NCBI GenBank assembly: GCA_963768365.1
Contig: CAVYHS010000007.1
Location: 76,248-140,247 of the forward strand
DNA from: an uncultured Ignavibacteriaceae bacterium
GTDB taxonomy: Bacteria; Bacteroidota; Ignavibacteria; Ignavibacteriales; Ignavibacteriaceae
Reading direction: 5' to 3'
Length of the DNA: 64,000 nt
The notes under the pieces were generated by a model. That model made no database searches and was not told where the DNA came from. It was given only the letters and a program-made list of their open reading frames with translations. Position 1 is the stretch's first letter. Each line of letters begins with the position of its first letter. The translations under genes and the position numbers were made by a program. Positions 42,227 through 52,290 of the stretch are shown here, piece after piece.

Positions 42227-42646
42227 TTATCTTGTTTCATTATCCTCAATAAACCAGCTAAGGGCTGCTTTAACAGCTTCTTCCAATGAATTTACACTTC
42301 TTTGCTCAGCCCTGGTCTGACTAGCAAAATTTAAGGTAGGTGGATGCTTCATAGTATTATATACATATTCATTCTCCTTAGGACCTCGCCAATTCGCTAA
42401 AACAAGCCCAGGATCTGTATCGACATTAATTATGTAATTTAATTTGTCATATCTGATATAAACATTGATGTCTTCCCAAGGACCATCGGCCACAGAATAC
42501 CTATAGTTCCAAACTTCGGTATAAGCATCCTGTTTTTTTACATCCATTTTTTGGTAAGAATAATTTACTGTCTCCTGGGAGGATGCACAGGACATAATTA
42601 TTTGAATTAAAAAGAATATAAAAAAGAATAATACAATATGTTTCAT
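42227..42646 (-). CDS. Hypothetical lipoprotein
   Basis: This is ORF 42227..42718 with the start moved to the ATG at 42646 (GGAGG 6 nt upstream), giving MKHIVLFFFIFFLIQIIMSCASSQ. I recognise no family. Confidence 0.5.
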   Translation of the reverse strand: MKHIVLFFFIFFLIQIIMSCASSQETVNYSYQKMDVKKQDAYTEVWNYRYSVADGPWEDINVYIRYDKLNYIINVDTDPGLVLANWRGPKENEYVYNTMKHPPTLNFASQTRAEQRSVNSLEEAVKAALSWFIEDNETR

Positions 42647-42837
42647 AGCAACCTCCATTAATAAGTGTAATTGATAATTAATTATTTCAATCCACTCTAC
42701 ACCTTGGGGGAAGCACAATATTCTGGAAAGAATTTAAGAGTAACGATATTCAATACGTTTCTCTCAAGGGGCAGAACAACTAATTAAATTTGCAAAAAAT
42801 ATGCTTACAAAAAAAGCAACTGATGGCGATTGGCAAA

Positions 42838-42864
42838 TAAAAAAGCCCCGAAATGTTCGGGGCT
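42838..42864 (-). terminator. Rho-independent terminator after 42913..44004
   Basis: The minus strand has AGCCCCGAA-CAT-TTCGGGGCT (perfect 9-bp GC-rich stem, 42844..42864). TTTTTTATTT follows. Confidence 0.8.
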
Positions 42865-42912
42865 AAACCAAATTTCTTCTTCCCTGCATACCAATAGGTA
42901 GGTGATACTTAA

Positions 42913-44004
42913 CTATTTCATTAAAACCATCTTTTTGGTCTCGCTAAAATTTCCTGCTTGAATTCTGTAGAAATAAGCACCGCTTTGCAACTTTGTAGCA
43001 TCGAATTCAGCAGTATAGTTGCCAGTTTGTTTTTCTTCTCTAACAAGAATCGCAATTTCATTTCCAATTACATCATAAACAACAATCGTTACAAACTCTG
43101 CTTGTGGAACTGAAAAACTAATTGTTGTAACTGGATTAAATGGATTTGGATAGTTCTGCTGTAGCGTAAATTCTGATGGTGTAAAATTCTCAACATTTAT
43201 TGCTTCACTATATTCAAAGCTACCATCAAAGTCTAATTGCTTTAATCTGTACGTAATTGTATTTGAAGTAACTCCAGAAATATCATCTAAATAGATATAT
43301 TCTCTTGGTTCAGTTGTTGTACCGTGTCCTTCAACAAAACCAATTCTTTCCCACTCAGAATTATCCAACTTTCTTTCTATTTCAAAACCCTGGTTGTTTA
43401 ACTCAGTAGCAGTAGACCAGTTAAGTATGACATTGTCAGATTTGGATGTAGCCGTAAATGATGTTAATTCAACAGGCACATATTCTTCGTAACATAACCA
43501 TTCACCTATTGCCCATTCACAATCTGGACTGCTTTCTGTTGTGTATGGTGGACGGAAAAAAAACGATTGGGCACTGTCGCGTGGACACACCCAGGCTAAC
43601 TGACTGAAATCGATTATTCTAAATTCAAATACTATAAAATCAATATATTGATCAGTTACCTCACGACCAGGTCCAGAATCTAATAGTGCTTGGATATTTT
43701 TTATAGTGTTACTACCACTAGGACATGTTATGGTAGATGTTTCGTAACCATCATTTTCATTAAAATTAACATACGTACCTTGAACAAACTGAAGTCCTGA
43801 GGCACTATAATCAAATTTCAAATAATTTGCGTGCCCTAATACTTCGTTTTCATTAGTATTCAATTTTATTTGTAATGTTACAAATAAAGTAGAATCATAA
43901 GGATTTGAGTTTGGTGTATACTCTATCAAACAACCATTGATTGTTTGAGAAAATGAAATTGATGTTATAAACATCAATAAAGTTAATAGAAATAACTTTT
44001 TCAT
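42913..44004 (-). CDS. Secreted protein with Fn3-like module and T9SS C-terminal sorting domain
   Basis: Intact 363-aa ORF with the signal MKKLFLLTLLMFITSISFSQ. The C-terminal ~190 aa read VPVELTSFTAT...NWSTATELNNQGFEIERK...YRLKQLDFDGSFEYS...NYPNPFNPVTTISF...GAYFYRIQAGNFSETKKMVLMK*. Confidence 0.7.
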   Translation of the reverse strand: MKKLFLLTLLMFITSISFSQTINGCLIEYTPNSNPYDSTLFVTLQIKLNTNENEVLGHANYLKFDYSASGLQFVQGTYVNFNENDGYETSTITCPSGSNTIKNIQALLDSGPGREVTDQYIDFIVFEFRIIDFSQLAWVCPRDSAQSFFFRPPYTTESSPDCEWAIGEWLCYEEYVPVELTSFTATSKSDNVILNWSTATELNNQGFEIERKLDNSEWERIGFVEGHGTTTEPREYIYLDDISGVTSNTITYRLKQLDFDGSFEYSEAINVENFTPSEFTLQQNYPNPFNPVTTISFSVPQAEFVTIVVYDVIGNEIAILVREEKQTGNYTAEFDATKLQSGAYFYRIQAGNFSETKKMVLMK

Positions 44005-44737
44005 ATTTACCCCTCTTTTATTTAGATGTGAATAGAAATATTATTCTTAGTTATAATTCCTTATACTATTTTTTGCCCTCTTTCTTATTCACTTTTCCCC
44101 CAGCGAACAGAACATCTTCAATTAGTTTGCTTATTCATATAGTAGAAGTAAGGAGTGGAAAACGAATAGCAAATAAAACCCCCGAATAGTTTTCTTGAAT
44201 GGGAGGTGTTTTTCTCAGTTTATCGAGAATCCCTAATTAAAATAAATGTTCTTCAATGGGGGTACTGAATGATATTTGCTTTTAGACTCAAGTGAGATAA
44301 CAAATCAATTTCAATTGTTGGCAATTATTAGTTGTATCGTACAACCATAATGTCGAAGATTGTATTGATTTATAATTCATGCATAATCCAATACCCTCAC
44401 AATTTTGGATTTTTATGAACGTATTTGTATAGAATCAATATAAGTGCCAATTCAACTCAACTTACAGAGCATTGATTACATCATTTATTGATCCTATCAA
44501 TAATATAACTTTCTATGAATGAAACAATCATGAATCAAAATATTGGGTTTGCGTTAAAAATCATTAACATTTGACAAGTAATAAGTGTTATAGTATTTAA
44601 TTTAGTTTGTTCAAACTTCTGACAAAGAGCTCTTGACTTTACTGTTAATCTCAAATTTGAATTCCCTCCCCTTTTGGCTAAATTTGCCCTCTCCGAAGGA
44701 GTCCTTTGGACATTTTCTACCAAAAAACGAAATATTA

Positions 44738-47188
44738 ATGAGATATCCGCACTGCGAAATAGAATCAAAATGGCAGAAATTCTGGGAAGAAAAACAAGTA
44801 TATAAAACTGATTTTTCAAACCTCGATAAAAAGCTTTATCATTTAAATATGTTCATCTATCCATCCGGTTCAAAATTGCATACAGGGCACTGGTATCACT
44901 ATGGTCCATCTGATTCGTGGGCACGCTACAAAAGATTGAAGGGCTACAATGTTTTCGAGCCAATGGGTTATGATGCTTTTGGATTGCCTGCTGAGAATTA
45001 TGCAATTCAAACAGGAATTCATCCGCAGGACAGCACACTAAAAAATATTAAAGACATAAAAGAGCAGTTAAAAAAAATCGGTTGTATGTACGACTGGCAG
45101 GCAGAATTGATGACCTGCTCACCGGAATATTATAAATGGAATCAATGGCTTTTTCTTCAGCTTTATAAAAAAGGATTGGCATACAGAAAGAAAGCTCCCG
45201 TTAACTGGTGTCCCAAAGACCAGACAGTACTTGCAAACGAACAGGTTCACGATGGAAAGTGTGAAAGATGCGGAACAGAAGTAATTCAAAAAAATCTTCA
45301 TCAGTGGTTCTTTAAAATAACGGATTATGCCGAAGAGTTGCTGCAAGGTCTGGACACAATTAACTGGCCGGAAAAAACAAAGCTTATGCAGCGTAACTGG
45401 ATTGGGAAAAGTATTGGCGCAGATGTGAATTTTAAGGTTGATGGCAATGATGATGTGATTAGAATTTTCACTACTAGACCTGATACTCTTTTCGGTGCAA
45501 CTTATATGGTTCTCGCACCTGAGCATCCGCTGGTTGATAAACTTACAACAGGTGAATACAAAACCATAGTTGAAGAATACAAAGAATCTATAAAATCATT
45601 AACGGAAATTGAAAGAACATCAACGGTAAAGGAGAAAACAGGAGTTTTCACTGGTGCGTATGCAATCAATCCGGTTACCAATAAAAATATTCCTATTTGG
45701 ATTGCTGATTATGTTTTGTTGACGTATGGATCAGGTGCAATAATGGCTGTTCCCGGTCAGGATGAAAGAGATTGGGAGTTTGCCGAAAAATACAATCTGC
45801 CAATCATCAGAACTGTGCAGCCACCTGATGATTTCAAGGGGAAAGCATATTTGGGTGATGGTCATGCAATTAACAGTGATTTCCTAAATGGATTGAATGT
45901 TGAAGATGCAATAAAGAAAATAAATATTTGGCTCGAGGATAATGGAATTGGTAAAGCAACAATTAATTATCGCTTGAGAGATTGGCTTATCTCTAGGCAG
46001 AGATACTGGGGCACGCCAATCCCAATTATTCATTGTGAAAAATGTGGCGAAGTTCCTGTTAGCGAAAATGAACTTCCAGTTGAGCTACCATACGATGTTG
46101 ATTTTAAGTTAGGTGGAGAATCACCTCTTGCCAGAAACGAAAAATTTATAAATGTAAAATGTCCAAAGTGCAGAGCAGATGCAAAAAGAGATCCGGATAC
46201 TATGGACACTTTTGTTGATTCATCGTGGTATTATTTCAGATTCCTTAATCCTAAATTTTCAGAAGCTATATTTGACAAATCAATTACTGATAACTGGGTG
46301 CCTGTTGATATGTATGTGGGTGGTGCCGAGCATGCAACTATGCATCTTTTATATGCAAGATTCATTCATAAATTTTTGAGAGATCTCCGAATAGCAAAGG
46401 GCGATGAACCATTCCTGCACCTTGTTCACCAGGGAACAATCACGAATCAGGGTGCAAAAATGTCAAAGTCCAAAGGTAATGTTGTAAACCCCGATTTATT
46501 TACTTCTAAATATGGATCGGATGTATATCGTCTTTACTTGATGTTTATGGGACCATATGATATGGGTGGTGATTGGAGCGACAAGGGAATTTCAGGTACT
46601 GATCGATTTGTTGATAGAGTTTATGATTTGTTTAATGAATTTAAAGACTTGCAAAATCAAATTACTTCAAAAGAAAAATTCGATTTGAACTCTTTGTCGG
46701 TTACAGATAAATTTATTTACAGGAAAACTAATCAGACACTTCACAAAGTAGATGAAGAGATAAACCATTTCCGCTTCAATACTGCAATAGCTGCACTTAT
46801 GGAATTGCTTAATAACTTTAAAGATTTATCCTCTTGTTCAAATGAAATTATATTGTATGCTTTACAAAGATTTGCAATTATGATTTCACCACTTGCACCT
46901 CATCTTGGCGAAGAGTGCTGGAGTCTGCTTGGTAATACAACATCCCTCTTTGAGAAACCGTTTTGGTTTGTAGTTGACGAATCTGCTCTTGTTGAAGATA
47001 TAGTAAGCATTGCAATTCAGGTTAACGGAAAAGTGAGAGCCACAGTTGATATTCCGCTTGACTGCAAACAGGAAGAAGTGAAGAAGCTGGTTTTCAGCGA
47101 AGATAAAGTGATAAAGCACACAGCTGATAAAAACATAATTAAAGAGATTTACGTAAAGAATAAGATTTACAACATAGTGGTAAAATAA
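44738..47188 (+). CDS. leuS: Leucine--tRNA ligase
   Basis: This is ORF 44633..47188 with the start moved to the ATG at 44738 (MRYPHCEIESKWQKFWEE...). It has the HIGH-type motif ...GSKLHTGHWY... and KMSKS (...GAKMSKSKGN...). It is intact. Confidence 0.92.
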   Translation: MRYPHCEIESKWQKFWEEKQVYKTDFSNLDKKLYHLNMFIYPSGSKLHTGHWYHYGPSDSWARYKRLKGYNVFEPMGYDAFGLPAENYAIQTGIHPQDSTLKNIKDIKEQLKKIGCMYDWQAELMTCSPEYYKWNQWLFLQLYKKGLAYRKKAPVNWCPKDQTVLANEQVHDGKCERCGTEVIQKNLHQWFFKITDYAEELLQGLDTINWPEKTKLMQRNWIGKSIGADVNFKVDGNDDVIRIFTTRPDTLFGATYMVLAPEHPLVDKLTTGEYKTIVEEYKESIKSLTEIERTSTVKEKTGVFTGAYAINPVTNKNIPIWIADYVLLTYGSGAIMAVPGQDERDWEFAEKYNLPIIRTVQPPDDFKGKAYLGDGHAINSDFLNGLNVEDAIKKINIWLEDNGIGKATINYRLRDWLISRQRYWGTPIPIIHCEKCGEVPVSENELPVELPYDVDFKLGGESPLARNEKFINVKCPKCRADAKRDPDTMDTFVDSSWYYFRFLNPKFSEAIFDKSITDNWVPVDMYVGGAEHATMHLLYARFIHKFLRDLRIAKGDEPFLHLVHQGTITNQGAKMSKSKGNVVNPDLFTSKYGSDVYRLYLMFMGPYDMGGDWSDKGISGTDRFVDRVYDLFNEFKDLQNQITSKEKFDLNSLSVTDKFIYRKTNQTLHKVDEEINHFRFNTAIAALMELLNNFKDLSSCSNEIILYALQRFAIMISPLAPHLGEECWSLLGNTTSLFEKPFWFVVDESALVEDIVSIAIQVNGKVRATVDIPLDCKQEEVKKLVFSEDKVIKHTADKNIIKEIYVKNKIYNIVVK

Positions 47189-47194
47189 AAACAT

Positions 47195-48473
47195 ATGCTC
47201 GATATTAAATTCATAAGAGAAAATCCTGATTTAGTAAAGCAGGGGGTAAAAAATAAAAACGAAAAAGATCGTGTTGATGAGATTCTGGCACTTGATGAGA
47301 AAAGAAGAAAAATAATTTCAGAAGTTGAAGAACTTAAAGCAAAGAAGAACCAGGTTTCTTCAAAAATTCCTCAGTTGAAAAAAAACGGTGAAGACACAAC
47401 TCAAATATTTGCCGAAATGAAAAAAGTATCCGATAGTATTTCAAAGCTTGATTCAGAACTTCGTGATGTGGAAGGTGAATTAAATGGATTATTAATGTTC
47501 GTTCCCAATTTACCTCATTCATCTGTGCCTGCTGGTAAAACTCCAGAAGAAAATGTTGAAGTGAGGAATTGGGAGCCAGGAGGATTTTCATACAAAAAGA
47601 AAGAAAAAACTCTGGATCACATCGAGCTTGGGAAGAAGCTGAACATCCTTGATTTTGAGAGAGGTGCAAAAGTATCCGGTTCTGGTTTTCCGGTATACAT
47701 TGGAAACGGTGCAACTCTTGAAAGAGCACTAATCAACTTTATGCTTGATTATCATTTAGCTCATCATAATTATAATGAAGTCTTTCCTCCATTTCTAGTA
47801 AATAAAGAATCAATGCAGGGAACCGGTCAGCTTCCGAAGATGGAAGGTGATATGTATACAATAGAGAAGGATGGTTTGTATCCTATCCCAACAGCGGAAG
47901 TCCCGATTACAAATCTTCATCGTGATGAAATGCTAGCTGACAAAGATTTGCCAATAAATTATGTGGGATACTCAGCCTGTTTCAGAAGAGAAGCCGGGTC
48001 TTATGGAAAAGAATCAAAAGGTTTTCTGCGTGTACATCAGTTCAACAAAGTAGAGATGGTAAAGATTGTTAAACCGGAAACTTCTTATGATGAACTTGAA
48101 AATCTTGTTAAAGACGCTGAAGATATTTTACAAGCACTAAAAATACCTTATCAGATAGTTATGCTTTGTAGTGGAGATTTAAGTTTTTCTGCTGCGAAGT
48201 GTTATGATATTGAAACCTGGTCGCCAGCTGAAGAAAGATGGCTTGAAGCTTCTTCCTGCAGCAACTTTGAGGATTTTCAGGCACGAAGAGCTAAGCATCC
48301 GTTTTAAAAGAGAAGGTGAGAAAAAACCAGAGTTTGTTCATACACTTAACGGTTCCGGTTTGGCGACAAGCAGATTGATGGTATCTCTCCTTGAGAATTA
48401 CCAAACCTCAGAAGGAACAATAAAAGTACCGGAAGTGCTGCAAAAATACACTGGATTTACAGAGATCAAGTAA
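47195..48473 (+). pseudogene. serS: Serine--tRNA ligase, one break near 48290
   Basis: ORFs 47195..48307 and 48204..48473 overlap co-linearly. The N-terminal coiled-coil arm and class II motifs are present (...FRREAGSYGKESKGFLRVHQFNKVE..., ...[21 protein letters not shown]...). Confidence 0.9.
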
Positions 48474-48571
48474 GCATTTTACTTTTCATAATCATTAAGA
48501 ATTATTCATCCAATCGTTTTTGATATTGACGTTATTTAAAGTGAGATTAAGATAAATATTAAGAATATTCA

Positions 48572-50440
48572 TTGAAGAATCTATATACGCTAAAAAAATA
48601 TTTCGTTCGCTATAAAAAGAAACTTTTATTCGGTTTCATTTTTATTTTTCTTTCAAATATTGGAACTGTTTACGTTCCATTGCTCATGAAAGATTCGATT
48701 GACGCACTTCAATCTCAGGAAGAACAGGTAAAAGTTCTTAATGAATTAACAGACACTCTTCAAGTCCACCCAACTGATGAACCTGCTTTACAAGACTCAA
48801 TAAGATCTATTCGAAGCGAGATAAGTGAAATTAACAATACAGCAGGCAATTTGCTTCTTAAATATGCTTTAATGATAGTTGGTGCATCTTTATTTGCTGG
48901 TATTTTCAGATTTCTGATAAGACAAACCATTATTGTAGTATCGAGAGAAATTGAATACGATTTGCGTGGAGATTTCTGGAAACATATTCAAAAGCTTCCA
49001 CTCAGATATTTTCAGAATACTGCCACTGGAAATATTATGGCTCATGCAACGAATGATATAAATGCTGTCAGAATGTTTATTGGTCCTTCGGTTATGTATT
49101 CCATCGATACTTCTGTAAGACTGATAATGGTTTTAATCTTGATGCTATCGTTAAACACAAGCTTAACAATTTATGCACTTTTGCCACTGCCGCTTCTTTC
49201 TGTACTTGTTTACAAAGTTGGAAAACTAATTCACTCAAAGTTTACAGTCATCCAGGAAAAGTTTGCACAGCTTACTACTCTTGCACAGGAAAATTTTTCC
49301 GGTATTCGGGTGATCAAATCTTATGTTCGTGAAGAAAGTGAAATGAAAAGGTATGCAGAACACAGCCAGGACTATCTAAAAAAGAATATGAATCTAGTGC
49401 GGACCCAAGCGCTCATTATGCCAATCCTCTTTCTGATAACGGGCTTGTCTATTATAGTTGTAATCTGGTTGGGTGGCACAAAAGTAATAAATGGTGAGCT
49501 AACATTAGGTGAAATTACAGCATTTATTGTTTACCTCGGCATACTCATTTGGCCAATGATCGCTTTTGGCTGGGTTATTAATATTATCCAGCAAGCCGAA
49601 GCGAGTATGAAAAGGTTGAACAAAATCTTTTCAGAACCATATGAAATTACAGAAACTGAAAGAACAAATAATTCTATCAAAAATATTAAAGGGGAAATTG
49701 AATTCAGAAATGTTTCTTTCCGCTATAATAAAAATAGTCCTTTCATACTCAATAATGTAAATCTAAAAGTTAGTGCTGGTTCAACGCTTGCAATAATAGG
49801 TTATACTGGTTCTGGTAAAACATCTTTAATAAATCTGATTCCCCGCTTATATGAATGCACAGAAGGTGAACTTTTAATTGATGGAATTAATGTAAAAGAA
49901 CTACCGCTTGATGTTCTTCGTACAAATGTAGGAGTTGTCCAGCAAGAATCATTTTTATTCTCGGACACAGTTCTCAATAACATTTCTTATGGCAGACGTG
50001 AAGTTGATCAGTCTGTTGTAAATCAAGTTGCCTCAATTGCACAGTTTGATAAAGATGTACAGGAATTTCCATTGAAGTATGAAACGATTGTGGGAGAAAG
50101 AGGAATAACTTTTTCAGGAGGTCAAAAACAAAGAGCTTGTCTAGCCCGTGCATTAGCTATTGATCCCAAAATATTAATTCTTGATGATTCGTTTTCAGCA
50201 GTTGATACTAGTACCGAAGAAGAAATTCTGAGCAATCTCAAAAGCTTTATGGGAGAAAGAACAAGCATAATTATCAGTCATAGAATTTCTACTGTCAAAG
50301 ATGCAGACAAAATAATAGTGTTAGCTAGCAGCAAGATTGCTGAAGAAGGCACACACGAAGAACTTGTGGCTAAAGGAGGTATTTACGCTGACTTGCATTA
50401 TAAACAATTACTTGAACAGGAACTTGAAGAGATAAAATAA
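48572..50440 (+). CDS. ABC exporter, fused permease/ATPase (MdlA/MsbA-like)
   Basis: Intact 622-aa ORF with a TTG start. It has six TM helices, Walker A GYTGSGKTS, signature FSGGQKQR and Walker B ILILDDS. A ~50-aa polar insert lies between TM1 and TM2. Confidence 0.85.
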   Translation: MKNLYTLKKYFVRYKKKLLFGFIFIFLSNIGTVYVPLLMKDSIDALQSQEEQVKVLNELTDTLQVHPTDEPALQDSIRSIRSEISEINNTAGNLLLKYALMIVGASLFAGIFRFLIRQTIIVVSREIEYDLRGDFWKHIQKLPLRYFQNTATGNIMAHATNDINAVRMFIGPSVMYSIDTSVRLIMVLILMLSLNTSLTIYALLPLPLLSVLVYKVGKLIHSKFTVIQEKFAQLTTLAQENFSGIRVIKSYVREESEMKRYAEHSQDYLKKNMNLVRTQALIMPILFLITGLSIIVVIWLGGTKVINGELTLGEITAFIVYLGILIWPMIAFGWVINIIQQAEASMKRLNKIFSEPYEITETERTNNSIKNIKGEIEFRNVSFRYNKNSPFILNNVNLKVSAGSTLAIIGYTGSGKTSLINLIPRLYECTEGELLIDGINVKELPLDVLRTNVGVVQQESFLFSDTVLNNISYGRREVDQSVVNQVASIAQFDKDVQEFPLKYETIVGERGITFSGGQKQRACLARALAIDPKILILDDSFSAVDTSTEEEILSNLKSFMGERTSIIISHRISTVKDADKIIVLASSKIAEEGTHEELVAKGGIYADLHYKQLLEQELEEIK

Positions 50441-50443
50441 TAG

Positions 50444-52243
50444 ATGAGTGATTATAAAAGCGAAGAAGAAATTTTAGGTAAAGCCTATGATGCTAAGCTG
50501 ATGAAAAGACTTCTCAGCTATATAAAGCCTTATAAGAATTATGTAATATTTGCAATCTTACTAAATGTTGTTGTTGCTGCACTTGGACCAATTCGTCCTT
50601 ATTTAACCAAAATTGCTGTTGATGACTATATTGCAAATTCAGATTATAATGGATTGCTGCTAATAAGTTTAGCTTTGTTTGGCTCGCTACTTTTTCAGGC
50701 TGTTATTCAATACTTCCTGACTTATTTCACTCAGTATCTTGGACAAAAAACTTTATTTGATTTGAGAACACAGATCTTTAATCACATCCAGAAACTTGCA
50801 TTAAAATTCTTTGACAAGACACCAATCGGAAGACTTGTAACCCGCGCAACAAATGATGTTGAAGCATTAGGTGAGCTTTTCTCATCAGGAATTGTGATGG
50901 TTTTCAGTGATATATTCATCATCCTTTGGATACTTGGTTTTATGTTCTTTATGGATTTCAGTCTTGTCACTTGTAACTCTTTCTGTGCTGCCTGTTTTAA
51001 TCTATGGTACCTTTTTGTTCAGAAGAAAAGCAAGAGAAAGCTACAGAGATGTAAGACTTCATCTTGCAAGATTAAATTCTTATATGCAGGAACATGTAAC
51101 CGGTATGAGCGTTGTTCAGATTTTTAACAAAGAAAAAGATGAGTTTAAAAAGATTTTCAGACATCAATAGTGATTACCGAACAGTAAACATAAAATCAAT
51201 TTTTTATTATGCTAGTATTTTATCCAACAGTTGAATTACTAAGTTCAATTGCAATCGGATTAATTATTTGGTACGGCGGAGGTGAAATAATCCAGGGAAC
51301 AATTACTATCGGAATTCTTTTTGCATTTCATTCAATATACTGAAATGTTTTTCAGACCAATCCGTGATCTTTCTGAAAAATACAATATAATGCAGACCGC
51401 AATGGCTTCATCGGAAAGAATATTTAAATTGCTTGATAATCAAAACGATTGATTCGCAATCCTGAAAATCCAGTAAAGCTGGGAATTGTTAAAGGAAAAA
51501 TTGAATTTAAAAATGTTTGGTTTGCTTATAATAATGATGAGTATGTATTAAAAGATATTTCATTCAGTATTAATCCCGGAGAAACTGAATCGCAATTGTT
51601 GGGCACACCGGTGCAGGTAAGACGAGTATTATTAATATTCTTACCAGATTTTATGATATCAGACAAAGGAGAAATACTGCTTGATGGTATTAATATTGAA
51701 AAGCTTGATAAACGTGAATTACGAAAATATATTTCAATGGTTCTACAGGATGTTTTTTTATTTTCGGGGGATATAAAATCAAATATAAATCTTAGGATAA
51801 TGAGACAGATTACGAAAGAAGTTATTGAAGCTGCCAGAATAGTTGGTGCGGATAAATTTATTGAAGAACTTCCTCAAAAGTATGGTGAAGAAGTAAAAGA
51901 ACGCGGAGCAACATCTAAGTGTTGGGCAGAAACAGCTGATTTCATTTGCAAGAGCTCTGGCTTACAATCCCAAAATCCTTATATCTTGATGAAGCTACTT
52001 CAAGTATTGATACTGAAACTGAACTTCTTATTAAACAGGCAATTGAAAAACTGATGGTTGGACAGGACAGCTATTGTAATTGCTCATCGGCTTTCGACAA
52101 TACAAAATGCTGATAAAATTATTGTTTTACACAAAGGAGAAATCAGAGAAACAGGAAATCATCAGCAGTTACTTGCAAAAAAAGGAATTTATTATAAATT
52201 GTATCAGTTACAATATAAAGATCAGGAAATTCTGGCATCCTGA
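50444..52243 (+). pseudogene. ABC exporter, fused permease/ATPase (MdlB-like partner), at least 6 breaks
   Basis: ORFs 50444..51127, 50907..51170, 51449..52054 and 52058..52243 plus unlisted short frames are co-linear. The gene starts 3 nt after the first exporter. ABC ATPase motifs are present but interrupted (e.g. GTPVQVRR in place of Walker A). Confidence 0.8.
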
Positions 52244-52290
52244 ATTCAATCAATAGCAGGGAGAAGTAAAATGGAGTCAATATTCATTTT

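Noticed and set aside
44535-44819. 94-aa ORF on the minus strand in the leuS upstream region.
   Set aside because: It overlaps the leuS start codon in antisense. Its composition is implausible and it has no RBS. I treat it as non-coding.
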